In this document: positions 51,691 through 64,000 of the stretch, one piece after another
Layout: each line of letters opens with the position of its first letter
Numbering within the stretch: the stretch's first letter is position 1
NCBI GenBank assembly: GCA_964016885.1
Contig: OZ024743.1
Span: 80,476,001-80,540,000 of the forward strand
DNA: 64,000 nt
Direction of reading: 5' to 3'
Origin: Eledone cirrhosa
Taxonomy: Eukaryota
Position numbers and translations under genes: made by a program
Notes under the pieces: generated by a model
Database searches by the model: none
The model's input: only the letters and a program-made list of their open reading frames with translations
What the model was told of the DNA's origin: nothing

Positions 51691-52157
51691 AGAAGGACGC
51701 AGCATATAATCTAAGACAATGTGATACTGCACACAGACAGACACACACACACACAAAAACACACACACACGCAAATAAGTACGTATACAAACACACACAC
51801 ACACACACATCATTTTTTTTCTCAAGAAATATCTTTCCTTTCTCCCATTTCACAGTCTCTTCTATCTTTCTATTTCGTCTTTAATGTCTCGTTCTATTTT
51901 CACACACAAACCCAGATATAACAGACGAGCAGCCCAAGGACACAGCTTACAAGAACAAGATGGTGTAGGACAGAACAAAGGAGACACACAAAATAACAAC
52001 AAAAATAGTCAAAGAGGAGGTCACAGAATGCGTGACGAAAGAGTTCTGAGAATCAACAATCCATCCGATTATTAAAATAACCGACTGGAAGTTTATAATA
52101 AATTGAACTGGTGCATGTGTTTTTAATGGCAGCATGACCTCCCCAAAGTATGACATG

Positions 52158-52252
<95 letters not shown>

Positions 52253-52400
52253 TATATATATATTAGAAAGTGAGGTATTTTTTACAAACTGAAAAATAAC
52301 CGAGGTGTCCTACACAAGTGAATGTATAAAGAAAAAAAGATGAAATCGAAAATGCCACTGGAGTCTTATTTTTAAAAATATATATACATTTATTTGGTTC

Positions 52401-52436
52401 CTTTACCGGTTTCGCAGTTCTTCTGCTTTTCAAAAG
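52401..52436 (-). ncRNA. Minimal hammerhead-like motif, U3-A8 core variant (family F)
   Basis: ctt TTGAAAA gcag-aagaa-ctgc GAAA ccgg TA^ aag. Confidence 0.5.
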
Positions 52437-52814
52437 TAGAGTTGAGATGGAGGGTCTGTGGTTTTTCTCACATATATATGCATGTATACACTCGCACACA
52501 CACATATATTTTTTTCTATAAATATAAATATATATAAATAATTACATACATTAATCCAAGCAAATCGTAGGAATTATCGAAGAGCTGGGTCATTGGAATA
52601 CTAAACGCAGAAATAACGTTAACAGGCATCGATCTCATTAAATAATAGCTCAGAAAATGTAATATACCTGTAGAGACAAAATATTGTGGTCGGAAGTAGC
52701 TAGGGTGTATTGAACTCTGTATCTCTTGAATACCGGGCTGTGTACAGTTAACATTGAATTAAGGGGTGGCAACATATGATGGTAAATTAAGGTAGCAAAC
52801 TGAACAGCTTAGAG

Positions 52815-52872
<58 letters not shown>

Positions 52873-52941
52873 ACACATACACACACATATATATATGTGT
52901 GTATATATGTATATCTACATATATATATATATAAATATATA

Positions 52942-52980
<39 letters not shown>

Positions 52981-52985
<5 letters not shown>

Positions 52986-53033
52986 TATGTATGTATACGT
53001 ACATACATATATGTATACAGACGTACAGTAGCA

Positions 53034-53073
<40 letters not shown>

Positions 53074-53528
53074 TATACACATATGCATACAGGTACACAT
53101 ACATATATGCACGCATCAGTTTAGCCTACGTTTATTATAACGCCGGCGTTTATTATAACGCCGGCCGCTTTGTTCGTTTGTTTGTCAACAAAGCGAACAG
53201 CCTGAATTTATGCCATACGGTGTTAAGGCAACCACGTCACCTTTTTGTTCAACACTGACACAGGAACGATGTACTAGTTTCAAGCTTGTTAGCTATCATC
53301 AGCACCGTTTACCCATCTGCCAGATAGTTGAACGTTCGAAAGTATATACTTTCCTTATGAAAATTAACGGCTGAGCAGCCTAATTTGCATATTGAGTGAG
53401 TTAAATCGGTCAGGCATACCGAAAACGATTAGTTGAAAAAAAATGAAAACGAAATTTCATTTCTCACTCTTAGTAAGTGCCATACTAAGAGTGAGAAATG
53501 AAATTTCGTTTTCATTTTTTTTTCAACT
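52981..53528 (-). mobile_element. Hammerhead-bearing repeat, family A, with terminal fold-back
   Basis: Homologous to 33120-33600; inverted repeat at 53431-53528; flanked by (TA)n. Confidence 0.8.
53266..53308 (-). ncRNA. Minimal type-I hammerhead ribozyme (family A)
   Basis: acggtg CTGATGA tagct-aaca-agctt GAAA ctag TA^ catcgt. Confidence 0.75.
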
Positions 53529-53586
53529 ATATATATATATATATATATATACATATGTATATACATATCTCTCTCTATATATATAT

Positions 53587-53656
<70 letters not shown>

Positions 53657-53744
53657 TATATATACACATACATACATATATATATATACATATGTATATA
53701 CATATCTATATATATATATACATATATACACATACACACACACG

Positions 53745-53819
<75 letters not shown>

Positions 53820-53821
53820 AC

Positions 53822-53856
<35 letters not shown>

Positions 53857-54316
53857 CATACATACACACACAAACATATATATATATATGAGTGTAAAGA
53901 GAGAGAGAGAGAGGGGGGGAGAGAGAGAGAGAGCGAGAGAGAGAGAGAGAGAGGTGTAGGGCGGTCCATGTATAACTAGGTTCAGTAGATCTGTAAGTAA
54001 AGCGAGAAGAAAAAAAAAAACGGACTTGGTGCTTTAAGCAATCAGTTTTGGAAACTGTTGTGAATTTCAATATCTTTCGGTTCGATCTGGTCTCACTTCC
54101 CTCCCGGGGACAATGAATTAAGTTCTACTAATATGATCAGTAGCATTCAATTAAAGGTACACAGCAGCCCAACTCCACGTACATACACACACATACACTC
54201 ATACATACATACATACATACATATTCATACATATATACACATACACACATACACGCCTACTCTCGCGTACATACAAGCAAACAGTAAGTCAATTATGTAT
54301 ACAAATATAAATGTAA

Positions 54317-54432
<116 letters not shown>

Positions 54433-54984
54433 ACATATATATATATATATGTGCATGTATGTATATATTTATATCCACATACTTGTGTGTGTGTGTGTGT
54501 GTGTGTATACAGTCTTACAGTGGGACGAATGTACATATGCGAATACGTTTGTGTGCATACCTATGCACAAGTTTATATGTGCATATGTTTGCATGAGTAT
54601 GTATGCGTGTGCATGAGTGAGTTTGTGTATATATGTATATATACATATACATACATGTATAGTATATACGTTTGTATCTTAATAGAGCAAGCATTAAGCT
54701 CTTAACGTTATTAAGATAACGCCCCAGAACAAAACGGATTTGAATTTCGAATTTGCCGTTTGACGTTTTACGATTATTTCCAAGGAAAAATATAATGTCC
54801 GCATATAGTCTGAAGATGTTTCTAGATTAAATCTTCTAGATTTGACCTTTCCGTCTGATGGATTGCAAATGGCGGATTAAGGTTGTTCTAGTAGAACTAC
54901 GACTATCTAATCTCTATCAGATTAGTACAGCAGTAAATGAACGCTACACTCATTTGGAGCAGTTTAGTCGTCCATGGCTGCCGT

Positions 54985-55810
54985 ATTTCTTCTTCTTCTT
55001 CTACTTGTTGTTGTTATAGTTGTTGTTGTTGTAATTTGTGTTGTTGTTATAGTTGTTGTTGTAATTATTGTTGTTATAATTGTTGTAATTATTGTTGTTG
55101 TTATAGTTGTTGTTATTATAGTTGTTGTAATTATTGTTGTTGCTTTGCCAGCTTCAACAACAACGTCACGTTGTGGTGGTTGTTGTTGCTGCTGTTGACA
55201 TTGTTGTTGTTGTAGTGGTTGTTGTTGTTGTTGTTGTGATGGTTGTTGTAGCCGTGTTTGTTGTTGTTGTTGTTGTGGTGGCGGTGTTTGTTTTTGTTGT
55301 TGTGGTGGTTGTTATCGTTGTTGTTGTTGTTTTACTTCTCTTCCAATGATGTCATTTGGTATCAAGGTATCGCCTGTTTTGTTGTTGTTGTCGTTGTAAT
55401 TATTTTTGTTGCTTTGCCAACGTCATCGTCATCGGCCACGATGGTGCCGATGTTATGCCGGTTCCTAGTTTTACTTCTCATTCACTGATATCTTTAGTTA
55501 ATGTCTGTTGTTGTTGTAATTATTGTTGGTGTTACTGTTGTTGTTGCTATCATTGTCCTCCATGGCAGAGAAGTTCGAGTTTTACTTCTCTCTTAGTCAT
55601 ATTGCTGCTTTCACTTCTTCTTTTTTTTTTTCTTCTTCTTCTTCTTCTTCTTCTTCTTCTTCTTCTTCTTCTTCTTCTTCTTCTTCAGTTTTTGTAGTTG
55701 TTGTCGCGATTTTCGTTGATGTTGTCATTGTTGTCGTTGTTGATTTCATTGACGTTGTAACTGTTTACGTTGTCGTCATCGATGTTGTCATTGACGTCAT
55801 CGTTGTTGTA
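54985..55810. repeat. (TTG)n/(TTC)n low-complexity region
   Basis: Direct sequence. Confidence 0.85.
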
Positions 55811-55814
55811 GTAT

Positions 55815-57195
55815 TCATTACCCTCACCACTGTCATTACCGTCACCACTGTCATTACCCTCACCACTGTCATTACTGCCACCACTGTCATTACCGTCACC
55901 ACTGTCATTATCCTCACTACTGTCATTACCGTCACCACTGTCATTACCCTCACCACTGTCATTACCCTCACCACTGTCATTACCCTCACCACTGTCATTA
56001 CCGTCACCACTGTCATTACAGTCACCACTGTCATTACCCTCACCACTGTCATTACCCTCACCACTGTCATTACTCTCACCACTGTCATTACCCTCACTAC
56101 TGTCATTACCCTCACCACTGTCATTACCGTCACCTCTGTCATTACCCTCACTACTGTCATTACCCTCACCACTGTCATTACTGTCACCTCTGTCATTACC
56201 CTCACTACTGTCATTACCGTCACCTCTGTCATTACCGTCACCACTGTCATTACCCTCATCACTGTCATTACCCTCACCACTGTCATTGCCCTCACCACTG
56301 TCATTACCCTCACCACTGTCATTACCCTCTATACTGTCATTACCCCCACCACTGTCATTACCCTCACCACTATCATTACCGTCACCACTGTCATTACCGG
56401 CACCACTGTCATTACCCTCACCACTGTCATTACCCTCACCACTGTCATTACCCTCACCAGTGTACTTACCCTCACCACTGTCGTTACCGTCACCACCGTC
56501 ATTACCCTCACCACTGTTATTACCCTCACCACTGTCATTACCCTCACCACTGTCATTACCCTCACATTATCATTACCCTCACCACTGTCATTACCCTCAC
56601 CACTGTCATTACCCTCACCACTGTCATTACCCTCACCACTGTCATTACCGTCACCACTGTCATTACCCTCACATTATCATTACCCTCACCACTGTCATTA
56701 CCCTCACCACTGTCATTACCCTCACCAGTGTACTTACCCTCACCACTGTCGTTACCGTCACCACCGTCATTACCCTCACCACTGTTATTACCCTCACCAC
56801 TGTCATTACCCTCACCACTGTCATTACCCTCACATTATCATTACCCTCACCACTGTCATTACCCTCACCACTGTCATTACCCTCACCACTGTCATTACCC
56901 TCACCACTGTCATTACCGTCACCACTGTCATTACCGTCACCACTGTCATTACCCTCACCACTGTCATTACCCTCACCACTGTCATTACCCTCACCACTGT
57001 CATTACCCTCACCACTGTCATTACCGTCACCACTGTCATTACCCTCACCACTGTCATTACCCTCACCACTGTCATTACCCTCACCACTGTCATTACTGTC
57101 ACCACTGTCATTACCCTCACCACTGTCATTAACCTCACCACTGTCATTACCCTCACCACTGTCATTACCCTCACCACTGTCATTACCCTCACCGC
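55815..57195. repeat. 18-bp minisatellite (cattaccctcaccactgt), about 76 copies
   Basis: Direct sequence; variant blocks are duplicated internally. Confidence 0.95.
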
Positions 57196-57790
57196 CGTTG
57201 TTGTTGTTGTTGTTGTTGTTGTTGTTATTACCGCCAACGTTCTTACCGTGGTGATGGGGCTGTTGGTGGTGGCGTTGGTAGTGGTGGTAGTAGTGGTGGT
57301 GATGGTGGTAATAGTATAGTGGTGGTAGTGGTGGTAGTGGTTGTGGTGGTGGCATGGTAGAGGTCGTTGTGTAGTGGAGGTGGTGGTGGTCGTCGTTTTG
57401 GTGGTGTTGGTGGTAGTGTTGGTAGTGTTGGTAGTGGCAGTGGTGATGTAGTGGTGGTGTAGTCGTGGTGTAGTGGTGGTCTAGTGGTAGTGGTGATGGT
57501 GCTGGTATAGTGGTGGTGGTGGTGGTAGTGGTAGTGGTAGTAGTGATGCTGGTGGCAGTGGTGGTGTAGTGGTGGTTTGGTAGAGGTGGTTTTGTGGTAG
57601 TGGTGGTAGTGGTGGTGGTGGTGGTCGTGGTCGTGTGTGGTGCTGGTGGTGGTGGTTCTAATGGTGGTTGTAGAGGTGGTAGAGGTGGTAAAGTTGGTAG
57701 AGGTGGTAGTGGTGGTGTAGTGGTGGTGTAGTGGTGGTGTGGTAGAGGTGGTTGTGGTGATGTTCACGGTGGTGGTTGTGTAGTGTTGTA
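57196..57790. repeat. (GGT)n-rich low-complexity region
   Basis: Direct sequence. Confidence 0.85.
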
Positions 57791-57963
57791 AGTTGTATTT
57801 GTCAATCCACATCTAATGCAGTCATTTATTCTTACTTCTTCCCACTTTACTTTCGAGTAGCTTCCCATATTCTATATCCATTCTATATCTCACTGATATC
57901 TCTCTCTCACTCTCTCTATATATATTGATCTACCTGAATATATACCAACTATCTTCACAGAAG

Positions 57964-58062
<99 letters not shown>

Positions 58063-58146
58063 TATATATATATATATATATATAGGTATATATATATATA
58101 TATAGGTATATATATATATATATAGGTATATATATATATATGTATG

Positions 58147-58234
<88 letters not shown>

Positions 58235-58238
58235 TTTA

Positions 58239-58282
<44 letters not shown>

Positions 58283-58286
58283 TTTA

Positions 58287-58338
<52 letters not shown>

Positions 58339-59677
58339 TATATACATATTTATATATACATACACATATATGTATATATATAAAGACACACACATATATA
58401 TATACATACACATATATGTATATATATATTAAGACACACACACACATATATATATACATACACATATATGTATATATATAAAGACATACACCCATATATA
58501 TATATACGTACTTACATATATAAAATTATATATATAGATGTGTACGTGAAAAAGTGCGCGCGTACGTGTGTGTGAGTGTGCATGTGTGGATGTGTGTGTG
58601 TACATATGTGTGCGTGCGTGTGCGTGTACACGTGTGCGTGTACACGTGTGCGTGTGTGTGTGTGAATCAGTTTGTGTGAATGTCTGACTGTCAATCGGAA
58701 TTCCCGAGTACTTCTCTCTTCCACTTAGAGATGTTATGAGTCCATCGTTCTGAAATACCATCGGTTTATCGAGGAGAAAGTCCCTAATATTGAAGAACTA
58801 CACTCTAATAAGTAGCAGACTATTTTGGAGAGATGATGGAGAGAAGTGGAACTGTGATGGGGGTTGGTTGGTGTGTCCCCTAGCTGGAGCAATTCTGTCG
58901 CTACTTCGTATTTTATGATCGTTTCAACTGGGGAGCAGTAAAGACCAAACCAAGGTATATCATCAGGTGTTTCATATCTTCACTTCTCTTCGCTGTTGTC
59001 AGCTTTTCCACCGCTGTCAACTTTACCATTGACACCAACAAATATACACAACCCACACACACACATACACATGTTCACACACACACACATAGACACACAC
59101 CCATATATATGTATTGTGTGTGTGTGTGAGTATATAGACATATACATACATAGAAAGGTAAATACATTCCTATATTATATATATATATATATAGATATAT
59201 GCACCAATCACAAACTTTCAGCCTTGACCGCTATCCACGTGATAGTTCTTAGCCATTTTGAATTCATTTCTTGCGGGGTTCATGATAGAAGAATCTTAGT
59301 CCAGTCTGAGATATCTCCTAAAAAGATCCAGGCCTCGTGGATGCATCCAAGATCGCATATATCCAAAAAGTGGAACGAAACCACCGGTGGTCGAGACTAC
59401 GAGAATTTTGGTAAATTTTATGTGCATTTTTTCTTCTAACTTCTATTTTGTACCTAATTCCGTGTAGTTAACTATTTATCTAGTCAATTTCTACAGGCTA
59501 ATTAGATAAGTGCCATATGGCTGTACATCGCGGAAAATAATCTGTATCATTTGACTATTATTTCTTCATAAGTACATTTTAATCTTATAGCCTCGTTTAA
59601 ATGATTTTCATGTGGTTAATTTATACTGATTGGAAGAGGAAATACTGTATATATTTTATCTTATGATTCTTCGGACT

Positions 59678-59734
<57 letters not shown>

Positions 59735-59884
59735 TGCAAACTCTGCTAAGAGTATTGCAATGGCTTGTCAGATTACAGAAAATAGTGCAACTTTAGGCTA
59801 CGGCCAACCACACGAACATGTAACATAACCTCAACAAGCAATGCCTGTGCTTTGAGGGTTTTTTAAGTGGGGAAAGGCCTTGCA

Positions 59885-60031
<147 letters not shown>

Positions 60032-60645
60032 TAGATAGAGAGAGAGGTAGAACACTGGAAGGTAATATCCGTAGTGGTAGAGCACTCATTCCATGGGACG
60101 AGTTAGGTAGAAGTAGTAACACAACAGTTAATTCACCATACTGAGAGCAATTGTTTCACCTTAGCGGATCCTCAGCTCGTACTGGTCATGGTTATACGGA
60201 ATAGGAAGAACAACCGTATGGACGCGCATGCGCAGAAACGGTCACTTCACCCCAAGCGATACAATATCTCGGGCGAAAGGTGTAAGGGAGATAACTGCAA
60301 AGGTCCCAAAAGTAGTTCGAGTTGATAAGAAAATTAGAATGTTGTTGTTATTCAATCCGGAACATACGCAGGGGAAATCCACACGGATTTCCCCTGCGTA
60401 TGGCTTGGACTTAGTGATGGTTATTGAATGGAGTAGTCTATACTTGAGTCCTTGAGGGACCATACGTGGCTCGCGAGTTTCGTGGATGATCGTTTGTCTT
60501 GGTACCTAAAGGTCGACTGATGGTTCAGGAAGCGTTCCTTAAATCGGCCCACCGCCATACCCACATGTTATTTGACCTCCTGTGGTTGATTTGGTCGGTT
60601 GGAAGTGACCTCAGCTTCATAAACTACAGCGGGTGTATTGCATTG

Positions 60646-62530
60646 CTCTTGACTTAGTCGCTAACATTTCCTTTCGCAAGCACTCTAACACCTTCCAAAC
60701 CAAACTAAGAAATGATATTAAGAAATTTAGGTCTTCCAATAGCACTTTCGTTCTTTCTGACAAAAGCAATAACGTTTACGAAGTCGGCAACACTACTTAC
60801 AGCCACTTGGCCCATAACGTTATTTCTTCTAATTATGAGAAAGCTAACCCTATGGCCTACCACGACATCAATACAGAAGCCAAAGACCTTGCTGCCACTC
60901 TTAAGGTAGATAAGAAGCTACAATGCTTAGCTAAGAGTGAGGCGTTTCTCACTCTGAAGGATCACAAAGTAGACTTTACTTCTAATCCCAGGTGTAGACT
61001 ATTAAACCCGGCACGCACTGATATGGGACTAGTCAGTAAGGCTATACTCAGAAACATAGTTAAGACCATCAGGACCAAGTCCTACCTGTCCCAATGGGAG
61101 AACAACCACTCCGTCATTAACTGTTTTATCTCCTTCAACTCTAAAAAAGCGAAATTCGTGCAATTCGACATTGTAGACTTTTACCTGTCGATCTCAGAGA
61201 CCCTGTTAAACAAAGAGTTGGACTTTGCTACAACTTACACTACCGTCGATGGTTTAGACAGGGAAATCATCGCTCACTGCCGGAAACCCTCCTCTTCAAC
61301 AACGGAGTAGCCTGGGCAAAGAAGTCAACAACTTCAGAACTATTCGACATCTCCATGGGATCGTTTGACAGTGCTGACGTATGCGACTTGGTTGGCCTAT
61401 TTATTTTAGACATATTACCTGTTAGATTCCCGGACTTCCACACGGGAATATACCGCAACGATGGCTCGACCTTATCGAGCCATAAATATGGTCACGACCT
61501 GGACCGGTTTAAAAAAGACTTAACTTCTACCTTTAATGAGTTAGGACTTAGGATAACAGTAGCTACCAACCTCTCTAGCGTAGATTTCTTATACATTAAT
61601 TTAGAACTTCGCACACATACCTTCAGCCCCTTCCATAAGCTTAACGAAAAGCTTAATTACATTCACAAGGACTCATGCCACCCTCCCACTGTTTTTAGAA
61701 ACTTCGTAAATAATACCAGTACTAGAATCTTTAACCTCTCTTCTAATAAGGCTATCTTTGACAGAGCGGCACCCTACTATACCACGGCGTTAGCTAACAG
61801 CGGTTTCTCGCAACCTATCAATTACTCTCCCACTATCAACAACAGCAATAAGAAAAGAAAGCGTAATAATAGACAAACTATCTGGTTCTCTCCTCCCTTC
61901 TCACTCAACATTAAAACCAATGTAGGCAAACAATGTCTAGCCCTCTTAGATAGACACTTTTCCATAGGTCATAAATACCGCTCCATCTTTATCCAACACA
62001 AAGTAAAACTAGGATACTCCTGCGCTAAGAACATGAAGGCCCACATCACCAACAGCCTTAAGAGCAACACCTCCTCCAGGGTTCTCTTGCCGTAAGCACG
62101 AAACTTCTCCCCTTCAACACCAATGCCACACACCCGCTGTAGTTTATGAAGCTGTGGTCACTGCTAACCGACCAAATCAACACAGGAAGTCAAATCCTAT
62201 GTGAGTATGGCGGAAGGCCGATTTAAGGAACGCTTCCTGAACCACCAGTCGGTGTTTAGGTACCCGGACTGACGTTCATCCACGAAACTCGCGAGCCACG
62301 TATGGTCCCTCAAGGACTCAAGTATAGACTACTCCATTCAATGGAAAGCCATCACTAAGTCCAAGCCATACGCAAGGGGCAATCCGTCGTGTGGACTATG
62401 TATTTATGAACGAATAAATATTCTAAAGACATTACGCAATAGTGATTGCCTAAACACGAGAAATGAATTCTTCACACGTTGTCCACACGTCTGGAAACAC
62501 CTCTTACATAACTACAAAGATTCGGATTGA
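60646..62530 (+). pseudogene. Penelope-type RT plus GIY-YIG endonuclease, 5'-truncated and frameshifted
   Basis: SDKS, TLKDHK, CRLLNP, QFDIVDFY, MGSFDSADVCDLVG, YRND (decayed YRDD), VDFL; then VYEA...SYV...FKERF.NH...CGLC..E...LNTRNE...CPH. Confidence 0.85.
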
Positions 62531-62696
62531 AGTACAACATCCTAATGTTCTTATCAACTAGAAACTTTTCGGACTTTCGCAATTATCTCCCTTACACCTC
62601 TCGCACGCATTTTAGTATTGCCTGTGTGATGTGATCGTTTCTGCGCATGCGCGTTCGTACCGTTGTCCTTCCTGTTCCGTATAACCACGTCCATTA

Positions 62697-62734
62697 CGAG
62701 CTGAGGATCTGCTAAGGTGAAACAATTGTTCTCG
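62697..62734 (+). ncRNA. Minimal type-I hammerhead ribozyme in Penelope pLTR (family C)
   Basis: cgag CTGAGGA tctgctaaggt GAAA caattg TT^ ctcg; palindromic ACAATTGT; mirror copy at 60142-60179 (-). Confidence 0.7.
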
Positions 62735-62762
62735 GTATGGTGAACTAACTGTTGTGTAACCA

Positions 62763-62807
<45 letters not shown>

Positions 62808-62809
<2 letters not shown>

Positions 62810-64000
62810 CGAAGGAAAAGTGGTAAGGAACCAGATGGACCATAACGCACCAACGTACTCAATACTTAGGGTAGTAGAGTGGGTAATAAGAACAAGTATT
62901 ACCCCGACGACAGAGCTCAAGCCGTTTCGACGGCTAATTCTGGACTAAATAAGAATTTTTAGCCTGGTAAATAAATAGCCGAACTTCTCAGGGGGTAATT
63001 CCTTATATGGGAAGATAGTAATTGTCAAAAGGATTGGTAAAAAATTTGTTGTAAAGACAGATGATTCTATCATGGCATTTGGTGGGAGGTAGGGGTAGCT
63101 GAACTTGCCGGTAGAACAAAGAGGGCGTGGGGGAAACCCAGTCAAGCGTTGAAAGTGAAATCTATACAGCAGATTCTAAGGATAGTGTATAGAAGGTCGA
63201 AAAAAGTGTACTGGAGAAGTGGAGGGGGGTTGAAAGAATAGGTAAATCGAAAGGGAGTAAACAAAAAAAAAACCATTATAAAAATAAGGAAATATATGAC
63301 AAACAATTTCTGGTTACTACTTCATTTCCACAATCACCAAATCTCTCATTGGTATTGCTAAGCTATAGAAAAGTTTAATAGGTGGACAAAAATACTAAAT
63401 ACGAGATGGTAGTGAAAGAATTGTATAAAGCCTGCTTAACAGGGGGTCAAACACCACTGCTATAGTTAGTTAGTTATCAGCCAATGCTATCTTACAATGA
63501 CAGGTTAATAAGTTGAGAACAAAAATACTAAAATACTACTAGAAAAATGCTAATACGAAATATTAATTCAGAATACTAATACAGAAATACTAATACAACA
63601 ATACTAATACAAAAATACCACCAAGAAATTTAGAAACCACAGAAATGGAGCAGCAACCAGAAAGAAAACAATTTACCGGGGTCTAACACATCTGCTCTAA
63701 AAAGCGTAATCGGCAAATTCTATCTTCAAATTAGAGGGGTGGGGGTACTGAGGCTACAGAGGACCGATGGGCTGCATCGGGGTAGGCGAAAAGGTGAAAA
63801 AAAGACAAGGAAGGAGATCTGGCGTGGAATGATTAGGAAGAGATGGGGGGAAGAAGGAAATATAGAGGAAAAGATAAAAAAAAGTTACGTCTACTATTGT
63901 AAGCAGGGGTTACCCGTTACAAAATCGGCAAGTGGGGTGTTTCAGCCCTTTTCTTGAAGTCACAAGCGGTTAATCCTATATAAGCTTTGTTGGAAGTGTC
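62808..64000 (-). mobile_element. Second Penelope-like element, 3' end (runs off the window)
   Basis: Minus strand from 64000 reads DTSNKAYIGLTACDFKKR (YIG.T...R of GIY-YIG); pLTR with hammerhead fold at 62898-62999; ends in (TA)n. Confidence 0.65.
62898..62999 (-). ncRNA. Type-I hammerhead fold with one core mismatch (family E)
   Basis: attacccc CTGAGAA gttcggcta...tagccgtc GAAA cggc-ttgagctct-gtcg TC^ ggggtaat; 8-bp stem I; G8 replaced by A. Confidence 0.6.

Larger units (their letters stand above)
60046..62765 (+). mobile_element. Penelope-like retroelement with inverted 5' pLTR
   Basis: About 60106-60645 is an inverted copy (with an internal deletion) of about 62122-62765; body encodes RT and GIY-YIG; hammerhead in the pLTR; flanked by (GA)n/(TA)n. 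Confidence 0.88.

Noticed and set aside
55523-57812. 598-aa TTVITL and other mucin-like or His-rich ORFs
   Set aside because: An 18-bp minisatellite and triplet repeats open in several frames; no splice or domain evidence.

Overview
Repeat-dominated eukaryotic genomic DNA with no recognisable host gene. It is probably from an octopod cephalopod, inferred only from the SINE types and the very high (TA)n/(CA)n content. Contents: (i) 0.36-14.4 kb, a nest of non-LTR retrotransposons joined by (TTA)n tracts: a CR1/L2-type 3' end with a 61-bp tandem expansion, two Tx1-like L1-clade elements and a decayed R4/Dong-like RLE element. (ii) Several non-autonomous Helitrons, one carrying a Pif1 helicase fragment, and a piggyBac-like MITE. 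(iii) A near-intact RTE LINE with a twin-priming-type 5' inversion, inside a duplicated 20-bp satellite block. (iv) Two Penelope-like (RT + GIY-YIG) elements at the right end. (v) At least six sequence-distinct families of type-I hammerhead ribozyme motifs, read by eye, in tandem or inverted pLTR-like cassettes beside (TA)n tracts. (vi) A 7.05-kb, 235-copy, indel-free 30-bp array whose single-copy progenitor is the terminal tail of the Penelope element at 60046. Most long ORFs in the supplied track are translations of simple repeats.
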